DNA of 64,000 nucleotides. Origin: Oikopleura dioica. Lineage: Eukaryota; Animalia; Chordata. How positions within the stretch are numbered: position 1 is the first letter of the stretch; each line of letters begins with the position of its first letter. The translations under genes were made by a program, and so were the position numbers. Location: positions 10,664,001-10,728,000 of the forward strand of contig OU015569.1 of NCBI GenBank assembly GCA_907165135.1. Reading direction: 5' to 3'. Shown here in pieces: positions 38,501 to 50,950 of the stretch. The notes under the pieces were generated by a model that saw only the letters and a program-made list of their open reading frames with translations, was not told the DNA's origin and searched no databases.

Positions 38501-41412
38501 GAATTGCCCCAGTTTGACTCGGTCAAGTCGAATTCCATTTCCAGCGAGTTAGCTTCTTTTATCAAGAAATGCATTCCACTGATTCCGGATTGCGAGTTTT
38601 CGAAAATGAGACTTGGTTATTCAAAAATAATAAGGGCGACTCACGAAGCGGCTTTGGACGATTCTTATGGCGATCTAAAGTCGTGGCTGGAAATGAAATC
38701 GGCAGATTCGCCGCTCGAGAATTTCTACTATCTACTTGCCGATTACTGTATGAAGAACAACTCGAGGGACGACGCGGTCAAGTACTATTTCATGGACATT
38801 GGCTTTAATCCTCAACGAATCGACTCCTGGGCGGCGGTGGCTCTTTGCAAAGCGGCGGAAATCGACGAAAAGATGCGATGTTTTGATTCCAAGGGGCAAT
38901 TCCTGCCGATGAAACTGATCCACTGTGCGATTTTCTGTTTTGAAAGAGCGCTGGAATTGGAGAGAAATGGCAAAATCCTAATTGAATTTGGCCAGATGCT
39001 TTACTGGCTCGCCGGATATGACTCCGAGCAATCTCACGCGTATTACCAGGTAAGAAAATGTAACAGAATTCAAGTCTTGACTCGTTTTTAAGAAATCGTA
39101 TGCATTATTTGAAGAAGCGCTGGCAGTTGCTCCAGAAGAAGCTTGGCTGACCCACTACATGCTCGGCAAATTGTCCGAAAAGCTGAGAAAAGACACGGAA
39201 TGCTTGGATCACTACCACAACGGGCTCGAGTGGATGCATGAATTTGCCAGTTATCCAGCTAAAATTCAGTCGAAACTGAATTCTGGTTCTTTCAATCATG
39301 AGACGTTGGAAGTCTTCTACAGAATAACAGCATTTATCACGAAGAGATACGAAGCTGGAGAAGACGTCTTCGAACTGCGCGGAGTTGTTTGGGGCCTCTT
39401 GCAGATGCCAGTTTTCACAAGGAATGGAGAAGAAAAAGTCGACCTGAAAAATGTCAAATTCGAGACTGCCGCTGATGTGATTCAGCAATGCATCCGCAAT
39501 TACGAGCTGATTCTCAAACGATATCCGCAGCATTATAAATCGTATTATCGGCTTGCCAAGTTGGCTTACCACGCTGATAATCCATCGCGTAAGTCTAGCA
39601 CACACATATTTTTCTTTAAAACGATTCTAGTCGCTAAGAAAATAATCCTCGTCGAAAAAAATTCCTCATCAGACAAGAAAGAACAGACAAAAGCCGGAAA
39701 ATTTATCTTCAACGATGTTGGCTCCCTCTTTGGCGAGCGCAATCGCCACAATTTCTTCGGAGGAATCTGGAGAACTCCCTGTGAAGATATTGAGAGGCCC
39801 GGAGCGTTTTCCAGGCATTTGGCGAAATGCTGCCGCTTGGTTGTATTGTGCGCCGAGAAAACTCATGATATTGTTTTGCTGGCTACTATTTTTAGGTACA
39901 CTCATTTGCTGTGGTGATACGGCCTAATTCTTCGGCTTGGAGGCCGAAGGATTGATGCGTGTAAGAACACTGATTCTTCGGCATAAACCGAAGAATGAGT
40001 GATAAAAGATGCACTGATTCTTCGGCTAAGATGAATTTATTCACAGATTCCTGTGCCCCTAACCACGGGGCTCCGCCCCTTAGGTCCTAAAATGCCGGGG
40101 TCTAGTCTATGGTTACTTAGGGTTACCTTCGGTAACCCTAACTAACCCTAGCCTATCCCCCTCGGGTGAATTAGTTCTGTCATTTTGCCCAGTGCCCCCT
40201 AACACTAACCTCAAATTATAGAAAGTACTTATTGCTAAAATGTGTTTTTTTTTTTCTAGAAAATGTTTTTTTTCATAAGGGATGACTCATAGGTTGAAAT
40301 CAAAGATTTATCAAAAGAATTTTATTAATGGATTCTAGAAAATTTGCCGAAGAATCACTCTCAATTTTATCATTAATACTTCGGTTCAAGGCAATTCTCA
40401 ATTGCCGAAGAATCAGTGTTATTGAAAGCATCAATTCTTCGGCCTTGCCGAAGAATCAGCCCATACCACGTTTGCTGTTTATGCATTTACCCAAGAAATT
40501 TTAATTGATCGATGCTATTAACAAGACAATTAAGTGCGCTGCAGAGAACGCCCGACGCGTCCAAACGATACTTGAAGGAAGTAGACCGGGAGCTCATTTA
40601 CAAGCCGATTATTTCGACGATTTTGAGCTGCCAGGAACTTATGATCAAGCAGCAACTGTCGCACATTCCTGCTCGGAAGCGCTTAGTTCAATTTCACCGA
40701 ATCACTGAAATTTTACAGAAGAAAATCATCGGCAGCGAGACTTTTTCAAAGGTTGGAATTTTAAAGTAAACTTCCTCGAAGTAAAATTCTCTCAGCTTCA
40801 AGAATTTATGAAGAAAGCCTTTGCGCTTGCTCAGCCCAGCCAAACTGAAAGTAGATCAGCCACTTTGGAAACAATCAACAAGTACGTCAAAGCAATCGTG
40901 GCGATGGAAAAGGCAATTGCCGAATCACCAGATGCATCTGATGATGTACAGGTAACGAGGAGGAAATATGAAGTGTTATTAAACGCTCCCTTTTAGGCCT
41001 ACTTGAAAAAGAAACACGGCGACCAAATACAGACCTCCATTTCAAAAGTGACACCACTCGTGCCTGCACCAGCACTGCCAAAACCAACCATACCTCCAAA
41101 AGTAGTTCTTATTCCTAATAACCAAATGTAAGAGCTGCTTTTTAGAACGAAACGAGCAGGCAAGTCGTTACTGTAATTCAACCATCAACAGTCATCGATC
41201 TCACCGGCAGTTCGTCTCCAAAATCATCGACCGCAGCGACGAGTGTAAAACAGACTTCAACTGCCGGCCCGATAAATCCGCCACTCGCAAATCCAACTCC
41301 ACACCTTTCCCCTTCCAGTATAGCCGCATTGTTTGCCGTCGACTACAGCAAACTTAACGATCAACAGAGGATCCTTTTCGAGAGTCTACGAAGACATCTG
41401 AGCAATTCTTGA
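35585..41412 (+). CDS. CABIN1: Calcineurin-binding protein cabin-1 (HIRA complex), shortened C-terminus
   Basis: N-terminal TPRs (QLWWKLGMKAL, RHWPSIDK), WCTDGNGSLLKF, FYYLLADY, NPQRIDSWA, HYKSYYRLA, NFFGGIWRTPCEDIERPGAF, LQRTPDASKRYL. Confidence 0.9.
39912..40468. mobile_element. Mutator-like non-autonomous element, 557 bp, degenerate ~130-bp TIRs, 9-bp TSD, in a CABIN1 intron
   Basis: Repeated attcttcggc/gccgaagaat motifs at both ends; catttgctg (39903-39911) versus cgtttgctg (40469-40477), one mismatch. Confidence 0.75.
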
Positions 41413-41848
41413 AGGAAATACAAGAGAGCGTTTGCATCTTCCTTTTGGCGCAAAATTTTTACTGCCTTATAATAAAGTTCAAGTTTATTCAGCGAAAAAA
41501 TATGAACATTTTGTTGAAATAAGCTCAACAAACTGTCAGGGTCACAATCAGGCTTGCATAATGCAAGTTGCATTATTTCGTGGGCATGAAATACAGAACC
41601 CTATTTCACTCAATTAAATAGATTAGACTTTCTTGAGCATTTCAGGGTGCAGACGACATAGGCTAGGCCAGCCTGCTCTGCTAATTTTACTACTGATAAC
41701 CACAGTTGCATTTGAACAATTTGAAATCAAGGACAAGTGCTTAAAATATTAATAAAGTTTATTAGATAAAAAGTGATATGACGGGCTTGACAATCAGGCC
41801 TCAACAGAACAGTGATTGAAAATATATAAAAATCTGGGGCAGAAAAAC

Positions 41849-44800
41849 TCATTCCTCAAAGTCTTCATGTCGCGGTTTCTGAGCTTGAGGAGGCGTGAGA
41901 CATTTGATGACAAAGTCGGCGTCTGGCTGGAGCATCATGTCGGCGTTTTTGATGAAGTTGTTCTCGTTTGGGGCAACTTCGGGTGTTGGCTGGGTCACTC
42001 GGCGCAAGAATACCTTCTGGAGCGTGGCCCAAGGATTGATGACCGGGTAGAATCCTCGCCGAGAGTTGAAGCTAGGATCGGAGAAGAAATACATCAGAGT
42101 ACCAACCATTGATGTCAGGAACATGATAGCAGCGGTGATGGTGACTCCGACGTCCTTCGCGAGTTGCATTTCTGAATTTCGTTGAAAATATTTTATTGAA
42201 AAAAATCAATTACCTTTGACTCCGAGAACTCTATCACGTTCCTCTTGCGTCGCGAATATATCTAGAAGCATTCCAACGTTTGAAGAAGGCGCCTTGTTTT
42301 GTAGATCCTCGACGCTACGTTTTCGCCTGTTCTCACACGAATCGCATGATCCTGCTTCACAGGGTCGGACGCTGCATGCGTAAGTAACTTGTTGGTGCTT
42401 CTCGCCTTGCCGGAAAATAACTGACTGCCATTTGAAGATCTTCAGATCATCTTCCTGAAATTTTGAAATTGAGAGAGCTGTTATCAATTGACTTTGTTCT
42501 CACCTGTTTGATGTACTCGAACATGAAGGTTTCTTTCCAATCTTGATGACTTGGGCAAGCGCCGTCGAGCATCATGAAGACTTGATCGTCCGCGCCGATG
42601 ATTTCACAGCTCTCGATTTGGAATGGACTATCTCCAGTGATTCTAGCGTAGACGAACTCGCCGACAACCACTGTAGCTGTATTTGCCTCGGCATCCAGTA
42701 TAGTGCTGAAGTCTTCGCTCGTCGAAAGATCGAACTCGACGTTGACAGCGCCTTCTGCAAAGTCGGTGAAACGAGTTGCTTCGTAATTTGACATTGCGCG
42801 TGCGTCTTCTTCCAAATCGGCTTGCCAACTCTTGCAGTTCAACTCGGCAAACTCGCTGTGCGTTGAAACCGTTTCAAAGTAGTTTTGCTTGTCGACGAAG
42901 ATATGCGCGTAGAAAGACTGCAGTTTGTTGTTTTCGATGTTTAACTGCACGCCGCACTCTTGTAACTCTGCACGGCTAAATGTCATTGGCAAGTCGGTGT
43001 TAGGTTCATAGTCTTTGTAGCAGGAAGGGTTGTCAGCATTGATGCCGTTATTGCTGGGTGAACCGGCGATGAAGAACTTGATTGATCGTTGGAATCGAAT
43101 GTCGGGAAGGTCGAAGCCGATTTGGTGGATGAGCGTGTTCGAAATTCGCATTACTTCTACGTCGGCAGCTTCGGGATCGAAATGGCAAATTCCAGCGGGC
43201 GAACAGGGACAAGTGTTTGCGAGGACTTGACAGTTGAAGTCCGGACATCTTGTCTTTGTCGATGGAGAGAGACAGTTGTACTCGCTCGCCAGATAATTGC
43301 ATGGGTTACATTCATTGACCTCAGCAGATGAGCAAGTTGGCAGATCCGCGCAGCAGTCAAGTTTTTTTCCGTAGACCACGTTTCCAAGACGGTCTTTGCA
43401 CATCTTCAATCCAGAGCACAAGTTGGAGTCGATGTGGCTGGTCAAATCGCAACTAGAAAAAAAAGTTTAGAATCTTCTAGAACACGGGTTGAGGATGAGT
43501 TGTTTTTCCATTTTTTCATCACTTCACACTTTCAGCGAAGTGAGAAGGTCCGAAAGCGCGAAATTAAAGGTAAGTCAAGAAGGATTGTAACTAATTGATT
43601 AATTGGGTATTTTTAGTCATGGAACGGATCATATCTTCCGGCCAAAAAGACAAAAAATGGCTCCAAGAAGAAGAGTCGCGGAAAAAAACCGAAAAAATCG
43701 GTTTCTCTTCATCCTCTCCGAAATGGAACAGGATGAAGAAGAAAATAACCTGAATAAAATCAATTTTATATTAATCAGCAAAAAAGAAAAACTGACAACG
43801 TTATTGTTAGAATTTCTTTGTTGTCTTCCATTCTTTCTACCGCATTGCAAGATTAGCTTAGTACCTTTTTGTGTCGCTGTGACAGCAGCTCTTGCTATCC
43901 GGGCCAAGACATTGTTCTGGTTCGCATGGAGCATGTACTTCGCAGTATCCGGTTTTCGGGAAGGAGTTCGACTTCAGCCAGCAGATTTTCGTTGGTTTGA
44001 AGCCGTTTCCGTTCTCATCGACCATGCAGGGCTGTGGATCAGTAGAAGATTCTTCGACGCATTCGTAGAGGCTCAGATCACTGGGGCACTGACTGCACTC
44101 AGTTGTGTCCGTTGTTGTGCAGAGTTCAAGGTGAATAGGTGCGTGAAACTCCGTCGTCAGCGCTTTGCAACTTGATTTCATGTGCTTAGTCATCAAGCCT
44201 GCTGAGCATTGATGATCTGTGTTGCAGATTGGAGGGTTCTGATTCACGGACTCCATCAGAGAGAACTTCGTACAGCAATCGGCACATTCGACGTGTTTAA
44301 TACAATTGTCGTAGCACTGCTCTTTGTTCGACGTGTACTTGCAATTGGCATTACGGTTAGAATGGCACGAAGTACAGGATTCCAACTGCACTTCTGCATC
44401 AGGAGTGCAGTCGATTTCGATTCCAAGGTTCCAGTCGCATGTTGGTGGCGAATCTTGACAAGGCTTCGTCTCTGTAGTCTGAAAGTCAACAGGAAGCTTG
44501 CAGTCGAGAGCATAAAGAGCTTCCAGTGTTACGTCACGCGTCCTTTCTCGTAGACAAGTGCTCTTGTCACACTCGCTCCACTCCGACCACGGAATGTCGG
44601 TGCATGCCGGTTTACTACATCCATTTGGCGGGCATCCCTGCACAGCTGGAAAAGCCGTTCCTTGTCTGCATTGGTACGAGATAGTGTTACATTGATCATC
44701 AGCGCAACTGCCACATGAAGCCCAGTCATCAGGAACATAGTGAGAAATAACGACTCCACTTGTGGTAGCACAAACAGGATGGTTCGTGTAAGCAGTTCTG

Positions 44801-46887
44801 TCATCGATTTCAATCTTGGAACCGAAATCGAAGAAGGTTTCGGGATCGCAAACGGCCTCGCTAGAACTGCATTCTGGACATGTTCCGGTGGTCTCAGGAC
44901 ATTGGGCGATTGCGGGACAGGTGTCGTAAAACCAAGTATCGTCGTCAGGAAAGCTCGTCTCAATATTAGCGTCCACTGACCAGAATTTTTCATCTTTGAG
45001 TGTGATCGTCTTCTCTTCATGTTTAAGATTGTCGCCATCAACAGCAAGATACTGAAGCTTGGTAAGGGGCCATGCGCCGGGAGCGAAAAGAACTTCGTGC
45101 GACTCGAGAACCATGTCACTTCCGTAGTTGTGAAGATTCAAACATCGGTCGATAGGACTCAGCTGCTCAAGCTCTAATTCAGAAAGGAGGAAGTCATTCT
45201 CGACGAATGTGATTGTGAATTCTCGAGGGTCGACGTTGTAATTGTGGCTGATTTCCTCGTTGATTTTGATCGAATTCGGCCAGGCGTAGATAGCAACACA
45301 AGCGCCAGCATCATTTCGAACCCAGAGTCGGACGTTTACCTGATAAAATTTAGAAAAGAGATTTGAGTAGATAATTATACCTTTCGCGTGTCCTTTTTCT
45401 GAATCAGTTCTGCCGGGTATCTACGAGTCTTGAGCGCTTTGAAAGAGATGATTTTTCCAACAAGAGATGAATCCGCTACATCGCGCGATAAGTAGTTGCT
45501 TGGGAAAAGAACTGGGACGAGAGTGAAGCCGGAATCGACTTCTTCAAAACAACCAATCTTGTCATTATCGGCCTCGTAGGCGAAGCCAGTTGGACAATCG
45601 GGTTCGGCCGTGCTCCTCCTTTTACGCAAGCGAATTTCAGCGGTTGCAGCACAGCATTCCACGTGAACAGGATGTGTCTCGCATGGAGTTGATCCTTCGA
45701 GTTCTAAGATTTTAAAAATTTGAACAACGATTTCTATTTGATCTTTACCGTCATCATATCGGCAGCCTCCAAAGCAAGTCTTAGTTTCAAGCAAATCACC
45801 AGGACATTTCTCCTTCCAGTCAGAATTCAAGTCCTTAAAAAATTGATATATCTATTAACATAAAGTATTTCGTACCCGATTCTCACAAACTCGAGTTCTA
45901 GTTTTTGTTCCATCGAGTTCGCCGGATGAGTATTCAGGTAGGACGCAGTCTCCCCATTCTCCCCAGTTTGACCATCGCGCGGGCTGTGGTGTTATTTGAA
46001 AGACTTCTTGGACCTTGGTAACTCCATTTTCCTCGAACGAGAATTTGAGCTTAAAAAATGTTTTTATAACTTGATTTATAATTCAGTAGTACCTTGAAGA
46101 TATAGAGCGTGCCCATATCTGACTCGATCCTTTCGCGAGCGCTAAACTGGGTCCAAGTTTTGGAAATTCGGATCACGTCTCCTCCGCCTTCGACAGCAAT
46201 GTTTTCAAATCCAGGAGTTGGATCGGTCAAGGGATCTTGCGCTAGAACCTGTTCAGCAGGGGTTGAAAGCCACGTCGGATTTCTGTGGAAACAAGGAGGA
46301 CTGACACAAGGGTAAGAGTATTCGCCAACGAATGTCTGATCCGTGTGAAAGAAGCCTTCCTGTGGTTCGGGGCAAGAACACGAAACTGCTGCCTGGAAGA
46401 TTTTGCCCGATATTTGAAGGTCAAGAACGAGTTCGACTAGTGTCAACTTCAGTCCTCCAGCTTCGATCTAAACAAACTGAACAAAGAACCTCATGTTTTT
46501 AATAAATACCTCTTGAAGCTTGTTATCAACGTAAACGACCCCGCAACTTGGCTTGACAGTGCTAGTGATGACCAGATACGTTTTACTAGCTTCATCAACA
46601 ACTTCAATCGATCCACAATCCGAAAAGCGCTCTCCTAACTTGGCCTTTTGAAGCTGCGTCAAACCGTACGGGAAATAACTTGCGGGAGCCTAAAAAGCGT
46701 TTATTACCTGAATTTACGGAAGAGGATTATTAATTACCTTCAACTTGACGGTTCCTTCGTCTGCGCACTCGCAGGTTGAAATTTCGAAGAAATTGCCAGC
46801 AGACCCATCTCCGGCGGGATAGGTCATTTTAGAGCACTCTCCGGAGGGAGAGAGCATCAGAAGAATGAGTATCATCAATCTTTGCAT
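41849..46887 (-). CDS. Large type I membrane protein: signal peptide, TSP1-like modules, Cys-rich repeats, ZP domain, furin site, TM helix
   Basis: MQRLMILILLMLSPSGECS; WSNWGEWGDC...RTRVC; PWSEWSECDKSTCLRERTR; ZP-like ELQECGVQL...MLDGACP...VTYACSVRPC; RRKRS; VGVTITAAIMFLTSMVGTLMYFF. A single-gene join is inferred. Confidence 0.75.
43619..43753 (+). CDS. Putative nested antisense micro-ORF (44 aa) inside the 43453-43864 intron of the ZP gene
   Basis: Acceptor ttcag at 43535, donor AAG|GTAAGT at 43570, acceptor ttttag at 43616, ATG 43619, TGA 43751, AATAAA 43753-43758. Confidence 0.4.
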   Translation: MERIISSGQKDKKWLQEEESRKKTEKIGFSSSSPKWNRMKKKIT

Positions 46888-47575
46888 TTTTGCCAATTTC
46901 TTGCATTTGCTTTTTAAAAATATTATTCAAGAATGTTCAAATGACTTTTCTCTCTAGCTGAGTTTAATTCGAAAAAAATTAAAAAGCAGTTCCTGAAGCG
47001 AGCAGAACTAGGCGACTGAGCAACCAGTCGGTCGAAAACTTTCATAATGAGAGCGCGCAGCTGCGAAATTTTCGCTAATCTTTCCATAAAAGGAAATTTG
47101 AGAAAATAAAAAATACGAAAATATTTTTGGGTAATGCGGGTTTTCTTTTTGTTTTTGCCGTTAAAAGTTATAAGTCTATTTTTTGATAAATAATAACATC
47201 TTCGCGATATAAATTTAAGTGATTTTAATTTAAACTGACATGATGTCAATTTGTTACAGCGTCGATTTGAAATACAAATTGGAACTCTTCCTTCATTCTT
47301 TCGAAAGTCCATTTAAAGAATTAAAAATAAAAAGCTTTGACGCATTAAACGCTGTTAATCAAGCTCAACAATTTTGGTCTATTATTTATAAACTATTAAC
47401 CTTTTCGTCGCAAAAGTACGAGATACAGTACTAATTCAAAGACTTCTTTCAATGCCCGACAGATTGCCATAAATTAAATACTAAGGCTAGATGTAGTGCT
47501 GAATCTGAAAAGACTTTTATTTTTATATACCAGTATAATTTATTTATATGAATGAAATGAGAAGGCACGGAGAGT

Positions 47576-49560
47576 TCACTTCTCCTCTTCAATTTTTTCG
47601 CCGACGAGGCTGCGCAGTCGCTCGAGCTCACGAAGTCGTTGCGAATTGAGCAGGGGTTGCGTGTCTTCGATGCCAAGCAGCGAATTTCGTCGCTTCTTCA
47701 GGCCAATATCGGCGTGGGTCACCTTCGCGTTGGCGATGTACTTGAGGGTGCAGCCGTGCACCACCATTGTGGCCAGCGCGGTTGTGATCAGGCTGAAGTT
47801 GATGCATTCGGCTGGCTTTGAAATGTCCGCTTTTGACTGAAAATCGTTTTTTAAACTTTTAAAAAGGGTAAATTAGCTACCAAAATTCGAATAGAAACAG
47901 CACCCTGGACAACGCCCATTCCGATGCCAGACATGATAATCCGCAGTGTCAGCTTTCCTAAAGCCGGATTCTGAATTGTCGGAAGTGTCCACGCAACGAC
48001 AAATATTGTGTACCAACCGCTAAAATACCGGATAATCTGGGCTACATTAAAATAAAACGTCGCATTTGGCAGTTCTTATATGATAATGCGCAATCTATAA
48101 TTCAGAAAAAAGGGTGATTATATTTGAAAAATAAGAAAGTCCGTATTTATACGATTAAAAAATAAGGTAGACTCTTATCGTTCATAATTAGATCAGTAGT
48201 CATTTTAATGGAAAAGTAAGGTGCTTACCTCATAATGCCGACCCCGTAATCTTTATAATTCGTTGCTCCCTTGGATTGCTCGACTTTTAGATGGGTTTAG
48301 CAGCTGTCGAATTAGAGTCTTGCTTGATTAACTTGTATTACAGGCGCTTCAGTGATTAGTAACTCAAAAGAGCAACTACATGTAACTCATCATAAAGCTT
48401 TTAGCATGCATAAGTAAACCCTTGCCCAATGCTCCGCTATTGTTGCTTATCGAGACTGTAGCTAATGTCATTCCAGCTGTTACTAACAGGATCGCCGCCT
48501 TTGGCACGCTCCCCCGAGACTTCGTGGTTTCCTCTTGGACGCGGAAAATGCGATAATAAGAGCAGCCCAGAGCTACTGTACTTGTAAAGAACATGATCAA
48601 GTACAGAAGACGCGCTTCGACAGATCTGTTGAATCGTCGGTGTTCCCAGTCGATCACAGAGTCCTGAAAACGCATCAAGTTTGATCCTCTTTTTTTTCGA
48701 AAGACAAACCCATGAGTTGATCTTGCCGCCAAGTTCCCACTCATCCCAAATCGCCCGCGGAGCCCATCCGTTGAGATGAACTTGAACCATTATATTGAAG
48801 ACCGAGAACGCTAAATGGATGATCTTGCTTGAGCTTTACTCGTTAATTAAAATTGCATCCAAAAGTGGATCTAGCACGGAGTTTCACCTGCTGAGACGGC
48901 TAGGGGAAGGTCCACTTTCCATTTATCCTTGAAAAGGCGGCTGAGAATAAGATGCACTAAGCTCATGAACGTCCACACTCCAGCGGTCCAATAAGCTTAA
49001 TGGATTTTTGTCAATGAACTTGGCCTCCTTGAATTTTTGCGGTAGAAATGCGGCCTTACCTTTTATAACCAAAAGATTTCCCTTTTCAGGAACGACTGTA
49101 AAATGGTCTGGAAGGTCGTACTCTTCATTATTGTGGACGGCATTTTTAAACTCTTTCCACATTTTTGTATACTCAAAGTCGGGTTGTCGATGTTTTTGCA
49201 AGTTCTTGAAGCTTATTAAATTTAAAATCTGCTGATCCTATAAGAGTCCTCTTAAATTTTGAACCCCAAGTTAAACCCTAACTTGAAATAATAATTGAAT
49301 CGATGAAAAAAGTCTCTTGAAGATGACATGTTGTATTTTTCTCTTACTTCGGCGACATCATACTCCATCGTGAAACTGTTGACAACGGCGTTGGACGAGA
49401 TGGCGATGATGCCAACGATGATGTCGAGCAAGTCATTGCTGATTGAAGTGATCATTGAAGTGATATTCTTGCTTTTTTATATTTGTTTATCTTAAAGTCT
49501 CAAAATACGAGATTCAAAGCGGATAGACAGAACCAGAAGTTTTTAAGGCTCGCAAGGGTG
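47576..49560 (-). CDS. Unknown multipass membrane protein; 5' end unresolved
   Basis: Spliced ORFs with several hydrophobic segments (LLYLIMFFTSTVALGCSYY, AAILLVTAGMTLATVSI, WYTIFVVAWTL, FSLITTALATMVVHGC). Family not recognised. Confidence 0.5.
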
Positions 49561-50279
49561 ATCAACCGCGGCCTGACAACGCTAAAAATAGTAGATTTTA
49601 GACGATTAAACTCAAAAATAGAAAGAAACGAGTTGCACAGGCTTAAACTATTTCCCGGATGATTCTTATGTAAGATAAAGCCTTCTCGATTAAAAATAAT
49701 TAATAGCTTAAAAATTATGTCTAAAAACGTCTCCAATCAATTTTCGCGTAGTAGAAATTTATTCTGTCTGAAAAAATCTTGGAAAACTACGAAATTTATA
49801 CGATGAGTCGGATTTTTAGCGCAATAATTCTCATAGATTACGCTCTTTCCTTTTAAAATGATGCGAAAATGATTGAAATTCTGATTGCCTCGACGATAGA
49901 TAATCTATCAAAATTTTAAAAATTTTAAAAATTTTTAAAAAATAGATTCAAGGAGTGCTACTGTTTTTCATTCAAGGAGCAGGCTGTTGAAACAAATGTC
50001 CAGAATTTAAACAGGAGGCTCACGTGTTCTTTACTGATAACACTTTCTAAATGCATAATTGAGAATTTAAAAACGGCACCAGCATATACCTACTTTTCTT
50101 CATCGCTGACAGCTGTGTTGATTAGGGGAGGGCGCCGCTAGTTGCTGGACAGTAGCTGGATAAAAGGAGACCGAAATAACATGGTATATTCATTAGTCGT
50201 GCACATTTTTTTCGCTTGACCCTTTGCGGCTAAATTTAAGCGCAGAGAGTTTCAGAAAGAAACTTTACCACTCAAGAGG

Positions 50280-50643
50280 ATGGAGATTTTACGGTAAACA
50301 TTCAATTTCGATTGATTTTTGATGATTTTAGAGTTATTTTCATTTTTGTCCTGCAAACTGAAGCTTTTTCTTTTATCCGGCCATTCAATGCAAAAAGTTT
50401 TATTGGTGAGTTCCTAAACATTTCGCACTGAAAATTGCTGAGCGAGATTAAAATAAATATTTTTTTATTAATATTTTATGTATGAAATACTTACAATTTA
50501 TATGCCTGTAATGCTGAAAGTAATAATTTTCAGCTAAACGATCTGAAAATGGAGGAACATGGGAGTCCAACACGCCCTGGCTAAAAGATTCTTTACACTC
50601 TATGCCCGGCGCAAGTCCGATCTGGTCCGATTACATGTACTAA
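50280..50643 (+). CDS. Small secreted prepropeptide-like protein, 65 aa, 3 exons
   Basis: Exons 50280-50293, 50332-50405, 50534-50643 give MEILRVIFIFVLQTEAFSFIRPFNAKSFIAKRSENGGTWESNTPWLKDSLHSMPGASPIWSDYMY*; canonical gtaaac/gtgagt donors and tttag/tttcag acceptors. Confidence 0.55.
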
Positions 50644-50950
50644 TTGTTGGAATTTGAAAAACCATCGGATCTAAAAATATTTTTTTTCTGTGGCAAGAAG
50701 ATTAAGAAAATACTGTGCCAAATAATAAACTTATTTTTTAACTTCGTAAGTTGAGTTGATTGTTTGCAGAATCAGAGAGCTAGGAAAGCATTTTCGAGCA
50801 AAGCAGTTCAAGAGTATTCTATAACGCCGATTTATCATATAAGCGTAAGATATATTTGTGCTCCGCGTTTAATGACTTCGCACCGTTACGAGTAAAACTC
50901 AAAATGCACCACAATTTGGCTTCATTCAAAATATCGCCTAGATAAGGCAG

